DNA of 64,000 nt, taken from positions 101,820 to 165,819 of IMG/VR virus record IMGVR_UViG_3300027917_000019; one strand, given 5' to 3'. The DNA comes from a virus. This document shows positions 63,967 to 64,000 of the stretch, one piece after another. Made by a program: the position numbers and the translations under genes. Numbering within the stretch: position 1 is the stretch's first letter; the number at the start of each line of letters is the position of its first letter. The notes under the pieces are model-generated. The model was given only the letters and a program-made list of their open reading frames with translations. It was not told the origin of the DNA and did no database searches.

Positions 63967-64000
63967 CTCCCAGTAGCGCGCGCGGAGGGCCTGGCAGCGG

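Noticed and set aside
1-64000. CRISPR array, integrase, transposase, rRNA, alternative genetic code
   Set aside because: No spaced direct repeats or recognisable motifs. Core genes are intact in the standard code and TAA, TAG and TGA all serve as stops.

Overview
A 64 kb slice of a large lytic dsDNA phage genome read in the standard genetic code. No integrase, capsid or portal gene is recognisable. The host is probably myxobacterial/deltaproteobacterial, inferred from a Cys-rich lipoprotein and a SWIM-fused ligase. Bases 1-38.1 kb are on the + strand. They hold replication/recombination genes (DnaB helicase, primase, PolA, UvsY, gp32-like SSB, RecA, SbcCD, dNMP kinase, resolvase, RNase HII), a CobS/CobT AAA-VWA pair, MazG, a virion-protein cassette with its own promoter (25-31 kb), ParB, a gpA-type large terminase and an adenine methylase. 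Bases 38.3-64 kb are on the - strand and look like an early/host-takeover arm. It carries many small ORFs, sigma70-type promoters (several apparently leaderless), an AAA ATPase, an HD alarmone hydrolase, a HerA-like ATPase, an ATP-dependent ligase, a solo HicA-like gene and a second MoxR-AAA/VWA-peptidase module. The most striking items are two non-canonical tRNA-shaped RNAs in this arm. One is a 171-nt tRNA body whose anticodon loop is replaced by a 104-nt multi-hairpin domain (48345-48515). The other is a 60-nt D-stemless RNA with the G3.U70/A73 alanine identity that resembles the tRNA-like domain of tmRNA with no mRNA part (59353-59412). Also notable are a CglB-like Cys-rich VWA lipoprotein, two sugar-pathway pseudo-enzymes and paralogous small domains bracketing the structural cassette. 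All annotations are by motif recognition; no database search was run.
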